Shown: positions 44,584 through 53,986, counted from the first letter of the stretch. The stretch: 64,000 bases of DNA from Ilumatobacteraceae bacterium (GCA_031373785.1 JANMNE010000183.1:15729-79728), one strand, 5' to 3'. Translations and numbers: made by a program. The notes: generated by a model from the letters alone, not told the origin.

Positions 44584-45248
44584 ACCGGTCTCTGGCATGG
44601 TTGCGGCTCGGCGCGCTCGTGGCGGGTGTCGTGCTGGTCGGTGCCAGTGTCGGGTTCGGCATCGTCAGAGGTCGAGCGGTGGGGCCGGCGCTCGACCGCG
44701 AGCTGCTGCGTGAGGATCGCAAGCAGTGGAAGCGATCAACGAGTACTTCGACAGAGCCCGCGATCTGATGTTGCTGGAGAGTGGTGCCGAGAACGCCCGG
44801 CTCGTTCGCGAGCAACGTGCCGCGAACTCTGACCTGTCACCGAATGAGTCGGATAACCCGTTCGTCGCGCCAACGCTCGAGCTCGGCATCGGCCAGGTGT
44901 ACCAGGCGGCTGCCTCATGTCGCCGGACACGCACGACCTCGTGATCTCGAACGCCGGCCGCTCGACGTGGGGTTGGCGACGTACTTCGGAGTTCGCACAC
45001 TGGTCCTGGTCGGCGCGGCGCTGGTTCTGCTCGTGTTGGCCCTGGCCAGCTTCCGGGGCCATCAACGTCGGCTCGAGCAGGCCGCAATGACCGACGCGTT
45101 GACGAGTCTTCCCAACCGCAGCTTCTTGGAGACACCGTCGCTCGCCTCGAACGCACTACGCGCTGTCGGTCGGATTGCAGCGCCCCCACCTCCTCTTGCG
45201 CCGCCGAGTCCGCGATCGCCGATCGGTCGTCGTCGCCCGGACGAGTGA
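44584..45248 (+). pseudogene. decayed membrane sensor/diguanylate-cyclase gene (multiple frameshifts, GGDEF domain truncated after about 15 aa)
   Basis: Three pieces lie in different frames. The first is TM1 SLAWLRLGALVAGVVLVGASVGFGIV. The second is a periplasmic helical part AINEYFDRARDLMLLESGAENARLVREQRAANS. The third is TM2 TLVLVGAALVLLVLALASF + RRLEQAAMTDALTSLPNRSFLE, which is the GGDEF N-terminal motif. Unrelated Pro-rich sequence and a stop follow. Confidence 0.4.
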
Positions 45249-45296
45249 TCGCCCCACATTGTCGACGCCACCGTCAAGGTCTGCGAGACTCCAACG

Positions 45297-45761
45297 ATGC
45301 TGACGTTGAACGCCGCTGCGCCTGATTTCGAACTGCCGGACGAGCACGGCGCCAACGTCCACCTCCGGGATCTTCGAGGTCGGTGGGTGTTGCTGTGGTG
45401 GTACCCGAAAGCGGCGACACCTGGTTGAACGATCCAGGGTCAGGGCCTGCGTGACAGCGCCCAGCGATTCGAAGAGTTGAACGCCGTCATCCTCGGTGTT
45501 TCATTCGACACACCGGCCGAGAACCTGGCGTTTGCCGAGGCGCAGCAGTTCCAGTTCCACCTGTTGAGCGATGTGGATCGCGCTGTCGGGACCAAGTACG
45601 AGGTCGTTCGCGATCCGGGCGAGAAGTACGCCGAGTTCCCGATGCGTCACAGCTACCTGATCGATCCTGAGGGACGGATCCATCGTCGCTACGAGGTCAC
45701 CGACGTCGCCAGCCATGCCGCCGATGTGATCGCAGATCTCGAGGCAGCTCAGATCGGCTGA
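45297..45761 (+). CDS. bcp: Bcp/PrxQ-type peroxiredoxin with in-frame TGA (45426-45428) at the peroxidatic Cys codon: selenoprotein candidate or point-mutated pseudogene
   Basis: MLTLNAAAPDFELPDEHGANVHLRDLRGRWVLLWWYPKAATPG[TGA]TIQGQGLRDSAQRFEELNAVILGVSFDTPAENLAFAEAQQFQFHLLSD...SYLIDPEGRI... is collinear with E. coli Bcp (YFYPKAMTPGCTVQACGLRD...), as recalled. The ORF track only shows the part after the TGA (45477-45761). Confidence 0.7.
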
Positions 45762-45766
45762 TTCGG

Positions 45767-48001
45767 CTACGCCTCGGTGACCTCGAACGTGGTCGTCAGT
45801 TCTGCCGTCGAGTCGCCGCCGACCCACACGTCGAAGGTCGACGAATCGGAGACCCAATCTCGGGCCGCCGCGTTCCAATAGCGCCGTTCGTTCGGCCCGA
45901 CCGGGAACTGGATCGTGCGAGATTCCCCTGCGGCGAGCGTGACCCGCGAGAAGCCCTTGAGCTCGCGTACGGGGCGCGACGCCGTGCCAGATCGTTGGTG
46001 GATGTAGAGCTGGACGACCTCGTCGCCGCCTCGATCCGCCGTGTTCGTCACCTCGACCGACACCAGGACCGTCCCGTCGGTAGTGGTGGACGGTTGATCG
46101 ACCGTCAGGTTGCTGTACTCGAAACGGCCGTAGCTCAAGCCATAGCCGAACGGGAACAGCGGCGCGCCATCCTCGTCCCAGTATCGCCGCGCCTGGTTCT
46201 GGGGCTCGTGCGAAATGGTGTGGGCGTACACCAGCGGCACCTGCCCCACGGTGCGCGGCCACGTGAAGGGCAGCTTGCCGCCGGGAGAGGCGTCACCGAA
46301 CAGCAGGTTTGCCGCGGCTGCGCCGCCCTGCGTGCCGGGATACCAGATGTCGAGGAGCGCCGCCACGTGCTCCGCTGGCCAACGCAGGTCGAGCGGGCGC
46401 CCGTTCATGACCAGCAACACCACCGGCGTACCGGTCGCGACGACCGCCTGCAACAGTTCCAGCTGGCGTCCAGGAAGCTCCAGCGACGACCGCGAGGCAG
46501 CCTCGCCGATCATGTTCTGCCACTCGCCGGCGACGACGACGGCAACGTCGGCCGCGCCCGCGAGGTCAACGGCGTGCTGGAACTCCGCGGCCTCGTCGAA
46601 CCCCTCGGGATCTTCCGGCCGGTTGCCGCCGAACATGTCGAACATCGAAGGAAACACCCGCTGCACGACGGGCAGGCCGCGGGCGTGATCGACCCGCACG
46701 CCGTGTCCGGCCCTCGCGCGGATGCCGTCCAACACGGTGACCGTCTCGTCGAGATCGAAGTCGAAGACCCACGGTCCGATGGTGTCGCGCTTGGAATCGG
46801 CGAGCGGGCCGATGACTGCGATCGAACCCAGGTCGGCGACGTCGAGTGGTAAGAGGTTTCCTTCGTTGCGCAGCAGCACCGCCGATCGTTCTGCGGCAAC
46901 GCGCGCCACGTCGCGGTGCGCCGGATCGGCGAGCACCACGCGGGCGCGGTCTTCGTCGACGAACGGTGCGTCGAAGAGGCCCATCCGAATCTTCGCTTCC
47001 AGCACGCGCCTCACGCTTGCGTCGACTGCCTGCGGGTCCGCCGCACCTGAGCCCAGCGCCTCGGGCAGGTGTGCGTAGGCGGGGTCCGCGATTGCCATCT
47101 CCATGTCGACGCCCGCGTTGACGGCGCGGGCACCGGCGTCACCGAGATCAGTTGCAAAGTGGTGTGTGACGAGATTCCGTACGGCGTTGGCATCGCTGAC
47201 CACGAAACCCTTGAACCCCCACGTGTCGCGCAGCACCTCGGTGAACAGCCAGCGATTGCCCGTGGCCGGTACTCCGTTGAGGCCCATGTAGGCGGTCATC
47301 ACGTTGCCGGCGCCCGCGTCGACCGCCGCCTTGAACGGTGGGAAGTAGGTGTTCCAGAGCTCCGAGTCGGAGAGGTTGACCTCGTCGTAGTCGCGCCCTC
47401 CGATCGCCGCGCCGTACCCGGCGAAGTGCTTCGGGCCGGCAATGACGTGCTCCGGTGCACCCAGCTCGCCACCCTGGAAGCCACGAACCTGGGCGACAGC
47501 GACCGCAGCGCCGAGATACGGATCTTCGCCGGCGCCCTCGATCATCCGACCCCAACGCGGGTCGCGGGCGATGTCGACCATCGGCGCAAAGGTCCAGTGG
47601 ATGCCGACAGCGCGCGCCTCGCGGGCTGCCATCGTCTGTCCGCGTTCGATCGTCTCGGGATCCCAGGAAGCCGCCATCGCGATCGGCACGGGAAGGATCG
47701 TGCGGAGCCCGTGAACCACGTCGAAGCCGAACAGTACGGGGATGCCGAGGCGGTTGCCTTCGATGGCGAGCCGCTGGAGACGGTTGATCTCCGCCGGATC
47801 GGTGACGAACAATAGCGACCCTGCGGCGCCGTGCTGCAGCGCCGACTCGACCATCCGTGGCTGCTCGTCGCTGCGGAAGTCGAGCGCTGGGGCAGCATCC
47901 CCCGGCAAACGAAAGTAGAAGTACTGGGTGAGCTGGCCGGCCTTCTCTGCCGGTGTCATCTGACTGATCAGCTCATCGACCTTCGACTGGATCGTGTCCA
48001 T
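45767..48001 (-). CDS. glycoside hydrolase family 3 beta-glucosidase (BglX-like, 744 aa)
   Basis: GGAAGGAG precedes ATG 48001. MTPAEKAGQLTQ, GIPVLFGFDVVHG, DPRWGRMIEGAGEDPYL, GPKHFAGYG, GFKGFVVSDANAV, and a C-terminal FnIII-like domain VVQLYIHQ. Confidence 0.9.
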   Translation of the reverse strand: MDTIQSKVDELISQMTPAEKAGQLTQYFYFRLPGDAAPALDFRSDEQPRMVESALQHGAAGSLLFVTDPAEINRLQRLAIEGNRLGIPVLFGFDVVHGLRTILPVPIAMAASWDPETIERGQTMAAREARAVGIHWTFAPMVDIARDPRWGRMIEGAGEDPYLGAAVAVAQVRGFQGGELGAPEHVIAGPKHFAGYGAAIGGRDYDEVNLSDSELWNTYFPPFKAAVDAGAGNVMTAYMGLNGVPATGNRWLFTEVLRDTWGFKGFVVSDANAVRNLVTHHFATDLGDAGARAVNAGVDMEMAIADPAYAHLPEALGSGAADPQAVDASVRRVLEAKIRMGLFDAPFVDEDRARVVLADPAHRDVARVAAERSAVLLRNEGNLLPLDVADLGSIAVIGPLADSKRDTIGPWVFDFDLDETVTVLDGIRARAGHGVRVDHARGLPVVQRVFPSMFDMFGGNRPEDPEGFDEAAEFQHAVDLAGAADVAVVVAGEWQNMIGEAASRSSLELPGRQLELLQAVVATGTPVVLLVMNGRPLDLRWPAEHVAALLDIWYPGTQGGAAAANLLFGDASPGGKLPFTWPRTVGQVPLVYAHTISHEPQNQARRYWDEDGAPLFPFGYGLSYGRFEYSNLTVDQPSTTTDGTVLVSVEVTNTADRGGDEVVQLYIHQRSGTASRPVRELKGFSRVTLAAGESRTIQFPVGPNERRYWNAAARDWVSDSSTFDVWVGGDSTAELTTTFEVTEA

Positions 48002-48231
48002 CCAATTCTCCTTCCGGCCTTGTGAGGCGAAATGAATAGCCCGGTGATCACCGACTCTGGTGCAACGAAGCCTCCCGAGCGGCAACGATAGACCGGACGT
48101 TCTCGACGCATGAGTTCCAGATCCCCACGGGGTCGGAGCCAACAGCGAAGCTCGGAATGTTTTGCAACGGCCAGGTCGCGCCGTGCGAGGTCAAACAATC
48201 GTTCATCGAGGACTGGGTGAGGCTCTCCAGC

Positions 48232-48375
48232 TCACCAAAGCTTTGACCACTGGCCGCTGGGGTCGCCGAGCACGACGATGAGGACGCCCAGGAGCACGAT
48301 GATCATGCCGATCCCGGCGGGGACCATCCATGACGGTGGCGATCTGCGGGGCTCTACTGGCACTTGCGTCGACAT
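48232..48375 (-). CDS. possible small membrane protein (47 aa), uncertain
   Basis: MSTQVPVEPRRSPPSWMVPAGIGMIIVLLGVLIVVLGDPSGQWSKLW has one clear TM helix. It is not in the ORF track (under 60 aa). I saw no obvious RBS. Confidence 0.2.
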   Translation of the reverse strand: MSTQVPVEPRRSPPSWMVPAGIGMIIVLLGVLIVVLGDPSGQWSKLW

Positions 48376-48497
48376 GATGGCCCGCTCTCTCGTCAGTTCT
48401 GGCCAGGGCCTTGCTCGCTCCCCGGCGAATTGTCAAGCTACGGTCAATTGCTGCCGATCACTGACGACGTACCTCTCTCTGCGGAAGGCGAGCCAGA

Positions 48498-50906
48498 ATG
48501 ACAACCGAAACCTCTGTGCCGGCTCCCACTGCGACGGACGGACTGCTGGTTCGACTCACGCGCTTCAGCTACCGGAAGCGTCGGATCATGGTGTTCGGGA
48601 TCTGGCTGCCGCTGCTTCTCGGGCTGAACACGGTCAGCGGGTTCATGGGGATCGACTACCACACCGACTTCAACCTGCCGAACAGCGACTCCCAGTTCGT
48701 CAAGGATGCGCTGATCAAGACCGGGGACTACGAGGACGCGGGATACACCGCCCAGATCGTGTTCGCCTCGAGTGACTTCGCCGACGAAGGCACGCAGGGT
48801 CGCATCAGAGCACTGATGGAACCCTTCTTCAACGAGGTCGACAAGATCGACGGCGTCAAGGTCGTGAGTCCGTACACCGAGGACGGCAAGGACTTCACCA
48901 GCTATCTGGGCGGCACGTCGTTCGCCCAGATCTCGTACACGAATCGCACTGAGGCAGGCACGCGCGATCTGGCTGAGCGCATCGAGCACTTGGGTAACAC
49001 GATGGTGCCGGAGTCGGAGCGGCACCTGCGTTGCGAAGCGGCCCGGTCGCACGTCACCTGCTTGTTGCGGATCGAGTACGGCGGGCAGTTGTTCGCCGGA
49101 TTCCACCTACCCGAGAGCGAGGTCCTCGGACTGCTGGCGGCGATCGTCATCTTGCTGATCGCGTTCGGTTCGGTGTTGGCGATGGGATTGCCGATCACCA
49201 CTGCGCTCTTCGGTCTCGGCGTGGGTGCGGCCGTGATGGCGATCGCCTCCAACGGTTTCACCATCCCGGAGTTCGGTCCGTCGATCGCAGCGATGATCGG
49301 GATCGGTGTGGGCATCGACTATGCGCTGTTCATCGTCACTCGCTACCGCGAACACCTGCATGCTGGTCTTGACCCCGAGGACGCCGTCATCCAAGCCGTC
49401 GACTCTTCGGGTCGTGCGGTCATCTTCGCCGGCATCACCGTCATCATCTCGCTGTTGGGGCTGTTCATCATCGGTCTGTCGTTCGTGCGTGGGCTGGCAG
49501 CGGCCTCGGCGATCAGCGTCTTGTTGATGATGCTGGCGTCGATCACCCTGCTGCCGTCCCTGATCGGATTCGCCGGCCATCGGATCGACGAGACGTCGAG
49601 GGCTGCGGCGATCGCCGTCGGCACCTTCGTGGTGCTCTCATTGGTGGGCGTCTTCACAGGGATCGCTCTCGGGTTCGCGCTGCTCGGGGCCGTGGTGATC
49701 GCGACCCTCGTCATGATCATCAGCAGGCTCGGGTTCGGCCGGTCGCTGCGCGTTCATCTCCCGCACCGCCATTCGAAGCCGCGAGAACAGCAGTTCTGGT
49801 ATCGATGGAGCCGGTTCATCCAGCGGCGCCCGTGGCCACCGCTGATCCTCGGACTGCTCGTTTTGCTCTTACTCGCGGCACCGTTGACGTCGATTCGCCT
49901 CGGGTTCGGCGATACGGGGAATCTTCCCAAGGACAACACCGCGCGAAAGGCGTATGACCTGATCGCCCAAGGATTCGGTGCGGGAGGCACCGGGCCGCTG
50001 GTCCTCGTCAGCACGGATCCCAGCGTCACGACCGAGTCGGCAAAGGCGTTCCGCGACAAGTTGATCGACGACACCGACATCGCCTTCATGACCAAGGGAG
50101 AGGAGTTGGCTCCCGGCACCTGGTCGTGGCAGGTGTTTCCGTTCAGTTCCCCGCAGGACGAGGCGACGACGGATCTGGTCAACCGCCTCCGCAGCACGGG
50201 CATACCGTCGTCCGGTATCGATGTGCGAGTGGGTGGCTTCACCGCAGCCAGCATCGACTTCGCCACCTACCTGGGGGAACGGCTGGCCCTGCTGATCGGC
50301 GCGGTGTTGATCCTCAGCTTCATCTTGCTGCTGGTGGTGTTCCGCAGCATCCTCGTGCCGCTGAAGGCCGTGATCATGAACATGTTGTCGGTCGGCGCCG
50401 CGTACGGCGTGATCGTTGCAATCTTCCAGTGGGGCTGGCTGAAGGACTTCTTCGAGATCGGCAGGCCGGGCCCGGTCGAAGCCTGGGCGCCGATGATGTT
50501 GTTCGCGATCACGTTCGGGCTGTCGATGGACTACGAGGTCTTCTTGCTGTCGCGCATGAAAGAGGAGTTCGATCGAACCGGCGACAACGCTGCTGCCGTG
50601 GCCGACGGCCTGGCGGTAACGGCCAGGGTCATCACCGCTGCCGCGCTGATCATGGTGTGCGTGTTCTCGGCGTTCGTCCTGGGGGACAGCCGCGAGTTGA
50701 AGGTCTTCGGGCTCGGTTTGGCCGCCGCCGTGCTGGTCGACGCGACGCTGGTGCGCATGGTGCTGGTGCCGGCGACGATGGAACTGTTGGGCGATCGCAA
50801 CTGGTGGCTGCCGAAGGCGCTGGATCGTGTGCTGCCGCACGTGCACGTCCAGGGGAACCACACCCTGTTGGAGACCGAGCCAGAGGCCGACCCCGTCCTG
50901 GTCTGA
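48498..50906 (+). CDS. MMPL-family (RND superfamily) transporter
   Basis: 802 aa with two repeats, each an extracytoplasmic loop plus 5-6 TM. GIGVGIDYALFIVTRYRE and AITFGLSMDYEVFLLSRMKEE are typical MMPL motifs. Confidence 0.9.
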   Translation: MTTETSVPAPTATDGLLVRLTRFSYRKRRIMVFGIWLPLLLGLNTVSGFMGIDYHTDFNLPNSDSQFVKDALIKTGDYEDAGYTAQIVFASSDFADEGTQGRIRALMEPFFNEVDKIDGVKVVSPYTEDGKDFTSYLGGTSFAQISYTNRTEAGTRDLAERIEHLGNTMVPESERHLRCEAARSHVTCLLRIEYGGQLFAGFHLPESEVLGLLAAIVILLIAFGSVLAMGLPITTALFGLGVGAAVMAIASNGFTIPEFGPSIAAMIGIGVGIDYALFIVTRYREHLHAGLDPEDAVIQAVDSSGRAVIFAGITVIISLLGLFIIGLSFVRGLAAASAISVLLMMLASITLLPSLIGFAGHRIDETSRAAAIAVGTFVVLSLVGVFTGIALGFALLGAVVIATLVMIISRLGFGRSLRVHLPHRHSKPREQQFWYRWSRFIQRRPWPPLILGLLVLLLLAAPLTSIRLGFGDTGNLPKDNTARKAYDLIAQGFGAGGTGPLVLVSTDPSVTTESAKAFRDKLIDDTDIAFMTKGEELAPGTWSWQVFPFSSPQDEATTDLVNRLRSTGIPSSGIDVRVGGFTAASIDFATYLGERLALLIGAVLILSFILLLVVFRSILVPLKAVIMNMLSVGAAYGVIVAIFQWGWLKDFFEIGRPGPVEAWAPMMLFAITFGLSMDYEVFLLSRMKEEFDRTGDNAAAVADGLAVTARVITAAALIMVCVFSAFVLGDSRELKVFGLGLAAAVLVDATLVRMVLVPATMELLGDRNWWLPKALDRVLPHVHVQGNHTLLETEPEADPVLV

Positions 50907-50987
50907 GTTCGACTGCTCGCCAGTCGTCAGGCGCAGTGGACCTGAGAGTTTGCGTCGACGAGTTTCTCCCGGCAGTCTTGTTCGGAT

Positions 50988-51863
50988 ATGGATTGGCCCA
51001 CCTGGGATCAAGCTGCCGTGGTGGCGGTCCTCTGCGGGTTGACAGCGGTTGTGTTGCGACGGCAGCGACCGACGCGGCTGCGAGAGGCGATCATGCTGTC
51101 GGCGCAGGAGCTTGCGCTGGTGGCATCGTTGTATTCCGTGTGGCGCCTGGCGAGGGTGCTGCCGCTGGCGCAGGACGAAGGAGCCATCGACCGGGCTCGG
51201 CAGATCGTCCGGTTCCAAAACACGCTCCACATGCCGACGGAGCTGTCGTTGCAGCACCTGGTGTTGCGTCACGACTGGCTGGCCCGGTTCTCCAACTACT
51301 ACTACGCGATCGTGCACGTGCCGGCGTTGGTTGCCTTCCTGGTTTGGCTGTTCGTCCGCGATCGCGAGCGCTATCCCCGCTGGCGCAATGCGTTGGCGAT
51401 CATGACCGGTTTCTGCGTGATCATCCGCTTCATCCGGGTGGCGCCACCACGCTTCCTCCCCGACCTCGGTTACATCGACCTGGCCACCCACTACGGCTTG
51501 TCGCTGTACGGACCCGTCGGCACCGGCGTCTCGGATCAGTTCGCGGCGATGCCCTCGATCCACGTGGGTTGGGCAGCACTGGTGTCGTTCGGCATCGTCG
51601 CCGTCAGCACCAGTCGCTGGCGATGGCTGTTCTTGCTGCATCTCGCCCTGACGATGGTGGTCGTGTCGGCTACCGGGAACCACTGGTGGATGGACGGCAT
51701 TGTGGCGATCGTGTTGCTCGGGATCGCGCTCGCGATCGACAGCGGGGTACGCCGCCTGGTTCGTTCGAGGCGGATGACCGTTTCCGACGATTCGGCCAGA
51801 CCGGAGCCGGAATCGGCTGATCCGAAACCTGCGGTCGCGGAGACGGCGCCGACTCGCAGCTGA
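50988..51863 (+). CDS. PAP2-superfamily membrane protein (inositol-phosphotransferase/AUR1-like C-terminal type)
   Basis: Multi-TM, with FAAMPSIHVGWAALV and SATGNHWWMDGIVAIV (H...D catalytic-type motifs). Confidence 0.6.
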   Translation: MDWPTWDQAAVVAVLCGLTAVVLRRQRPTRLREAIMLSAQELALVASLYSVWRLARVLPLAQDEGAIDRARQIVRFQNTLHMPTELSLQHLVLRHDWLARFSNYYYAIVHVPALVAFLVWLFVRDRERYPRWRNALAIMTGFCVIIRFIRVAPPRFLPDLGYIDLATHYGLSLYGPVGTGVSDQFAAMPSIHVGWAALVSFGIVAVSTSRWRWLFLLHLALTMVVVSATGNHWWMDGIVAIVLLGIALAIDSGVRRLVRSRRMTVSDDSARPEPESADPKPAVAETAPTRS

Positions 51864-51893
51864 TCGCACTTCGTCGACTGATAGTCGCGCGTG

Positions 51894-53600
51894 TCAGGTG
51901 CGGGCGAGGTGGAGTCGGGCGTGGGTGACGGCCTCGTCGAGGGTGTCGAACAGGTGCCGTTCGTGGGCGAGGTGATCGAGCGTTCCCACTGCGAGGAGGA
52001 CTCGTCGGTGGCGCGGCCGCAGGCCCTTGAGTAAGACGGTGATGCCGCGCGACTCGAGCTCGGCGACGATCTCGCCGAGGGCCTGCGCGCCTGTCGCGTC
52101 GAGGACCTGGATCTGGGAGAGCCGCAGGATCACGATCTTCACGTCGCTGACCGCAGTGAGCTCCGTCAGGAATCGCTGTGATGCCCCGAAGAACAGCGAG
52201 CCGTCCAATCGGTAGACGACGATGTGTTCGTGGAGGAGGCGAGCTTCCTCGCCATCGGTGACCGTCTCGTCGAGCGGCAGCTGTTCGAGTTCGGCTCCGC
52301 TGCTTCGGGCGACATGACGGAGGGCCAACACTGCCGCGACGGCGACGCCGATCTCGACAGCGACGATGAGGTCGAATGCGATGGTGGCCGCCGCAGTGAG
52401 CAACAGGACCAGTGCGTCGGAGCGGGTCGAGCGCAGCACGGCCCGGATGTTGTGGATCTCGACCATTCGCTGGGCAGTCACCATCAACACGCCCGCCAGG
52501 GCCGCCAGCGGAATGTGCGAGACGAGCGGCCCGCCGAAGAATACGACCAGTATCAGGACGATCGCGTGCGTGATGGAAGCAACCCGTGTTCGCGCCCCGG
52601 CACGCACGTTGACAGCGGTCCGGGCGATCGCGCCCGTGGCAGGTATGCCTCCGAACAACGGTGACACGACGTTGGCGAGCCCTTGACCGAACAGCTCGCG
52701 GTCGGGGTCGTGGCGACCTCCGTCGCTCATCCCGTCAGCCACCCGCGCCGACAAGAGGCTTTCGATTGCTGCGAGCAGGGCGACGGCGATCCCTGCGGAC
52801 AACAAGTCTTTGGTCTGCCCGAACGATGTGTCGGGCAACGACGGCATCGGCAGCGACGATGGGAGTGAACCGATCCGGGCGATGTCGAGCGATGTCATCT
52901 GCGCAACGATCGTGGCGACGAGCACAGCGATCAGCGACGACGGCAGCGACCGGCGGATGCGGGGGAGCGTGACCATGATCGCGGCCACGAGCACGACGAT
53001 TCCGATCGCCTTCATGCTGCCGCTGTCGAACGAGTTGACGACAGCCCTCGCGGCCACAGCTGCCGTGTTCTCGCCATGCGGTTTGGCGACACCGAGCGCG
53101 GGCGGCACCTGCTGCAGGAAGATGATCACGGCGATGCCCACGGTGAATCCCTCGACCACGGGCCACGGGATGAACGCGATGTACCGGCCGAGACGGGCGA
53201 TCGCGGCGATGACCAGCACGACGCCGGCGATCATCGAGACGACAAACACGGCCTGCCGCCCGTACCGGGCGACGATCGGGACCAGGACGACCGTCATCGC
53301 TCCGGTTGGGCCGGAGACCTGCACGTTCGAGCCGCCGAACACGGCGGCGATCAGGCCGGCGACGATCGCCGTGATCAAGCCGGCGGTTGCACCGAGCCCG
53401 GTGGTGATCCCAAAGGCCAGCGCCAGCGGAACCGCAACCACGCCGACCGTGAGGCCGGCGATCACGTCGCCCTTCCAGGACGACCGCAGGCCGGCGTAGT
53501 CGCTTGCCCGCGGCGCCAGGTCGCGCAGTGGTGAGAACGAGGGCTTCGCGCTCGACTTGCTGGTGGGTGTCGCGGTCAGATGACCGTCAGTAGTGCCCAT
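51894..53600 (-). CDS. SulP-family anion transporter with C-terminal STAS domain
   Basis: DVIAGLTVGVVAVPLALAFG, GLANVVSPLFGGIPATGAIARTAVN, and STAS VVYRLDGSLFFGASQRF...LRLSQIQVLDATGAQAL. The start is TGATG-coupled to arsR; GTG 53603 is also possible. Confidence 0.9.
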   Translation of the reverse strand: MGTTDGHLTATPTSKSSAKPSFSPLRDLAPRASDYAGLRSSWKGDVIAGLTVGVVAVPLALAFGITTGLGATAGLITAIVAGLIAAVFGGSNVQVSGPTGAMTVVLVPIVARYGRQAVFVVSMIAGVVLVIAAIARLGRYIAFIPWPVVEGFTVGIAVIIFLQQVPPALGVAKPHGENTAAVAARAVVNSFDSGSMKAIGIVVLVAAIMVTLPRIRRSLPSSLIAVLVATIVAQMTSLDIARIGSLPSSLPMPSLPDTSFGQTKDLLSAGIAVALLAAIESLLSARVADGMSDGGRHDPDRELFGQGLANVVSPLFGGIPATGAIARTAVNVRAGARTRVASITHAIVLILVVFFGGPLVSHIPLAALAGVLMVTAQRMVEIHNIRAVLRSTRSDALVLLLTAAATIAFDLIVAVEIGVAVAAVLALRHVARSSGAELEQLPLDETVTDGEEARLLHEHIVVYRLDGSLFFGASQRFLTELTAVSDVKIVILRLSQIQVLDATGAQALGEIVAELESRGITVLLKGLRPRHRRVLLAVGTLDHLAHERHLFDTLDEAVTHARLHLART

Positions 53601-53971
53601 CACCCACCCTGGTGGAGGTCGGCGAGCAACTCTTGGCTCACGCTGAGGCTGTTGATGAGGAATGACCGGGCGGCCGCGAGCAACTTGACGATCGCCGGAT
53701 CGGCGATCGAGTAGGTGACCGAGGAGCCCGAGCGAGCGGCGTTGACCACTCGGGCCCGCCGGAGAACGGCCAGCTGTTGCGAGAGATGCGACGACTCCAA
53801 CCCGACGGCAGGAATCAGTTCGGCAACGGTGCGATCACCATCGCTCAGCACCTCGAGGATGCGCACCCGGCCTGCATGGCCGAGCGCCTTGAACAGTTCA
53901 GCCTTGATCTCCGACAGTGGCTGGTTCACCGGGTCGTCGTTGGCGGAGTCGTTGTGAGTCGCATACTTCAT
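53600..53971 (-). CDS. ArsR/SmtB-family transcriptional regulator
   Basis: ELFKALGHAGRVRILEVLSDGDRTVAELIPAVGLESSHLSQQLAVLRRARVVNAARSGSSVTYSI. Confidence 0.85.
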   Translation of the reverse strand: MKYATHNDSANDDPVNQPLSEIKAELFKALGHAGRVRILEVLSDGDRTVAELIPAVGLESSHLSQQLAVLRRARVVNAARSGSSVTYSIADPAIVKLLAAARSFLINSLSVSQELLADLHQGG

Positions 53972-53986
53972 CAACTGACAAACTTA

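Noticed and set aside
48203-48436. The 77-aa minus-strand ORF upstream of the GH3 gene.
   Set aside because: The product is Arg/Pro/Ala-rich and featureless. A different frame in the same interval gives a cleaner single-TM mini-protein (48232-48375), which is itself only low confidence.
49869-51869. A 666-aa minus-strand ORF opposite the MMPL and PAP2 genes.
   Set aside because: The product is Arg/Pro/His/Gln-rich with no domain logic. It spans two clearly real plus-strand genes and their intergenic region, so it is a GC artefact.
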